From: Ginkgo biloba
Taxonomy: Eukaryota; Plantae; Ginkgophyta
DNA: 25,746 nucleotides
Assembly: GCA_024626585.2 (NCBI GenBank)
Contig: JANKJI020000004.1
Span: 13,853,190-13,878,935 of the forward strand
Direction of reading: 5' to 3'
A program made the translations under genes and the position numbers. The stretch's first letter is position 1. Each line of letters starts with the position of its first letter. Below the pieces are notes generated by a model that had not been told where the DNA came from, did not search any database, and saw only the letters and a program-made list of their open reading frames with translations. Positions 23,400 through 25,746 of the stretch are shown here, piece after piece.

Positions 23400-23880
23400 A
23401 AGTTATCCCTATAGTCAATATCTCAAACCATAAACCAATCCTACTAGAAATTAGTTATATAATGTTTAGAGGAGACCTACTGGATAAGGTGTTGAAATTG
23501 GAAAACTCATTTCTTATCCTATACATAATTAGAAGTAAGATGGAGTTGAAATGGGATGAAGTGAATGTTTACCATATATTATCAAAGCCTGTAGGGTGCA
23601 AATGGTTGATAATGAATGAAATAAAAGAGATCGCAAACCAAGTGTAAAAGGAAATCAATTAATTTAGATGATAGTTAAGGAATAGAATACTATTTTGATA
23701 AGAAAATATCTATAAGCAGGTATGCTACTTTTATAAANNNNNNNNNNNNNNNNNNNNNNNACGTGAAAAAAGGAAATGGAAGTGCTACCATGATTGTTCA
23801 TTAATACACTTGGAGTAGTGATACAATTAGGCTAAATGGACAATGATAAAAGAAGAAAAAAAAAAAAATCAATGCTTTGA
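23400..23880 (+). mobile_element. Probable highly decayed LINE-1 ORF2 remnant (end of AP-endonuclease domain)
   Basis: In frame with ORF 23462-23647: ISNHKPILLEI...KVLKLENSFL...RSKMELKWDEV, resembling L1 SDHxPIxL...FxFENxWL...WW motifs. Boundaries are approximate. Confidence 0.45.
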
Positions 23881-24132
23881 CTAGATGACTTTATAATTAT
23901 GTGGTCTCAAGTGTATTATATCATGATTCATAACTAACTAGCTTAAATGATATAAGAATCATACAAGAATTAGTTTGTCCATCCTACTATTAATACCAAT
24001 TTTATAACACTCATCACAAAGGGAAAAACATGNNNNNNNNNNNNNNNNNNNNNNNNNNNNNNNNNNNNNNNNNNNNNNNNNNNNNNNNNNNNNNNNNNNN
24101 NNNNNNNNNNNNNNNNNNNNNNNNNNNNNNNN

Positions 24133-24400
24133 TTCAGTATTGGCTTTGCAAAAATCTATAAGGATTGATTGTGACAATCAAAGTGTAATCTATTTAGAAA
24201 AGAACCCTACTTTCCATGCTTGATAGAAATATATTGATGTGTAGTATCATTTTGTTAGAGAAATAATTAAAGAAAATAAGGTGCTATTTTAGAAGGTTTA
24301 TACTTTGAAGAATGTTGTTGAATCATTAACAAATTCTGTTAGTACTGAAAAGTTTTCTTACTGCAGGAGATCAATGGGCATAGCTACTTTTAGCAACTAA
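24133..24400 (+). pseudogene. Ty1/copia RNase H C-terminus (Tnt1-like), with stops
   Basis: KSIRIDCDNQSVIYLEKNPTFHA**KYIDV*YHFVREIIKENKVLF*KVYTLKNVVESLTNSVSTEKFSYCRRSMGI, matching copia CDNQSAIxLAKNPxFHxRTKHIDVxYHFVR...NxADxLTK. Confidence 0.95.
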
Positions 24401-24448
24401 TTTTATGTACGCATGGATCATTTGCAAAGTATTCAACATGTGGGAGAA

Positions 24449-24861
24449 TGTTGGATACGTGTTGTATACTTTCCATGTTTTACACTAATGTAGATGTTAC
24501 AACCCTAAGGATTATACACCCTATCACAATAGGGGGGTCTAGGTTTTTGTACCTATGATTATGTATTACTACTTGGTAGTTTCTTGTATTGGTGTGTCTA
24601 TATATACTTCTATATCATAGAGAAAAAAGGGATGATGATAAGATGATGAAGTGAGGGGTCTTTGGAGCATTTGTTTTGATATCTAATAAAGTGTTCTTTT
24701 TTTTTTTTTTTCTCCTGAAAGGTTTTCCCACAATAAATATCTTATGTATTCTTGTGGATGCGTTCTTATTATTTATTTTCTGCACTATTTTAGGTTTTTA
24801 TTAGCATTGCTTCTATGTTATCGATTTATTAATTTTTCTTCAATTATTCCATAGTATAACT
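24449..24861 (+). mobile_element. 3' LTR of the copia element
   Basis: PPT gtgggagaa (24440-24448) directly precedes TGTTGG. TATA ctatatatac near 24600, aataaa and the copia-type gaaaggttttcccac motif follow. The 3' end is approximate. Confidence 0.8.
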
Positions 24862-25746
24862 CCTAGAGAAAAAGCTATAATCTCAATTATTCCAGGACAA
24901 GAAGGTAATGAACATAAATATCTTATTTAATACTCAATAATATCTATAGGATTCTCAAACTTATGCATTGGAGAGGCGAGAAAATGATTAATATGACCTA
25001 ATCACGAATTGGAGCATGGTCGTTATGCAAGGAAAATATAGAAGAAATAAGAGTAATGGTATTATCAAATTTGTTAGTCATGCTATAATATTAATTATCT
25101 CTATTGGTTATTCTTAAAGTGATGTAATAAAAATAGAGAGGATTTTAATAATATATATGTGGAAGGGTTCATAACCTAATAATAGGGTAGTTATATTGGT
25201 TAGTTGGGAATATATAACCAGACCTAGGATTAAAAATGGCCTTAGTACATGATACTCAAAATAATAGCNNNNNNNNNNTTTAAGGAGCTCATTCAACATG
25301 TAATGATCCATGGGAAAAAAAAAAAAAAAATCTACAAAAAATATCTAGGCCCTCAATTTAGTATAGAAGTACAAAATGAACTTTTAAGACAAGACAAAAG
25401 AGATTCAATCATTTTGAGAGGAATAGTGTATATAACACACTTAGTAGTTCCTATGTCATTCCAGGGAGTTAGAAATATAGGATCATAAAGGAACCTCTAG
25501 TCTAAGAAGTGGCTTGGTCATTATTTATCTTCCCTTAATTCTTCTAGATCTTTCCATGGTGTAGTTTAAATATATGAAGAAAAAGGACATCTATTTTTTT
25601 TTTAAATCTCTTTAATGTATAAGATAATAAAAATCACAAATACCAAGCCCAATTTGGTTTGCATATAGGAAACAAAATTAGGAGCTAAAACTATATAAAA
25701 AGTTATAAACTTCATCTTTAAGGATTCTAAATTCAAAAATATAGTT

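Noticed and set aside
5212-24132. N runs as biological features
   Set aside because: Four runs are exactly 100 N (5212, 10579, 15622, 24033), typical of unsized scaffold gaps; the others are gaps or masks. Adjacency across them is uncertain.

Overview
AT-rich, gap-riddled (N) eukaryotic DNA from a large plant genome; the retroelement sequences look gymnosperm-like (inference). No long intact ORFs are present, and most ORF-track entries are N-gap artefacts. One real host gene is visible: the 5' end of a spliced acyl-protein thioesterase / alpha-beta hydrolase gene on the minus strand (exons 9724-9691, 9297-9186, 9066->gap). Its remaining exons are not visible. The rest is layered, decayed transposon DNA: (1) a Ty3/gypsy RNaseH-integrase fragment (2.9-3.7 kb); (2) a Cassandra-like TRIM with a 5S rRNA-derived domain in its LTRs and a 5-bp TSD (5084-6525), one LTR being split by a segment carrying a cinnamyl alcohol dehydrogenase exon fragment; (3) a solo LTR with TSD (7021-7287); (4) a Mutator-like MITE with a 9-bp TSD upstream of the gene (10810-11143); (5) an ancient two-LTR Athila-like gypsy element (14208-22507, minus); (6) a probable L1 remnant (~23.4-23.9 kb); (7) a copia 3' end plus LTR (24133-~24861). 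I see no convincing new multi-gene system. The most unusual item is the 5S-bearing TRIM with the apparent CAD cargo, which could partly be an assembly artefact.
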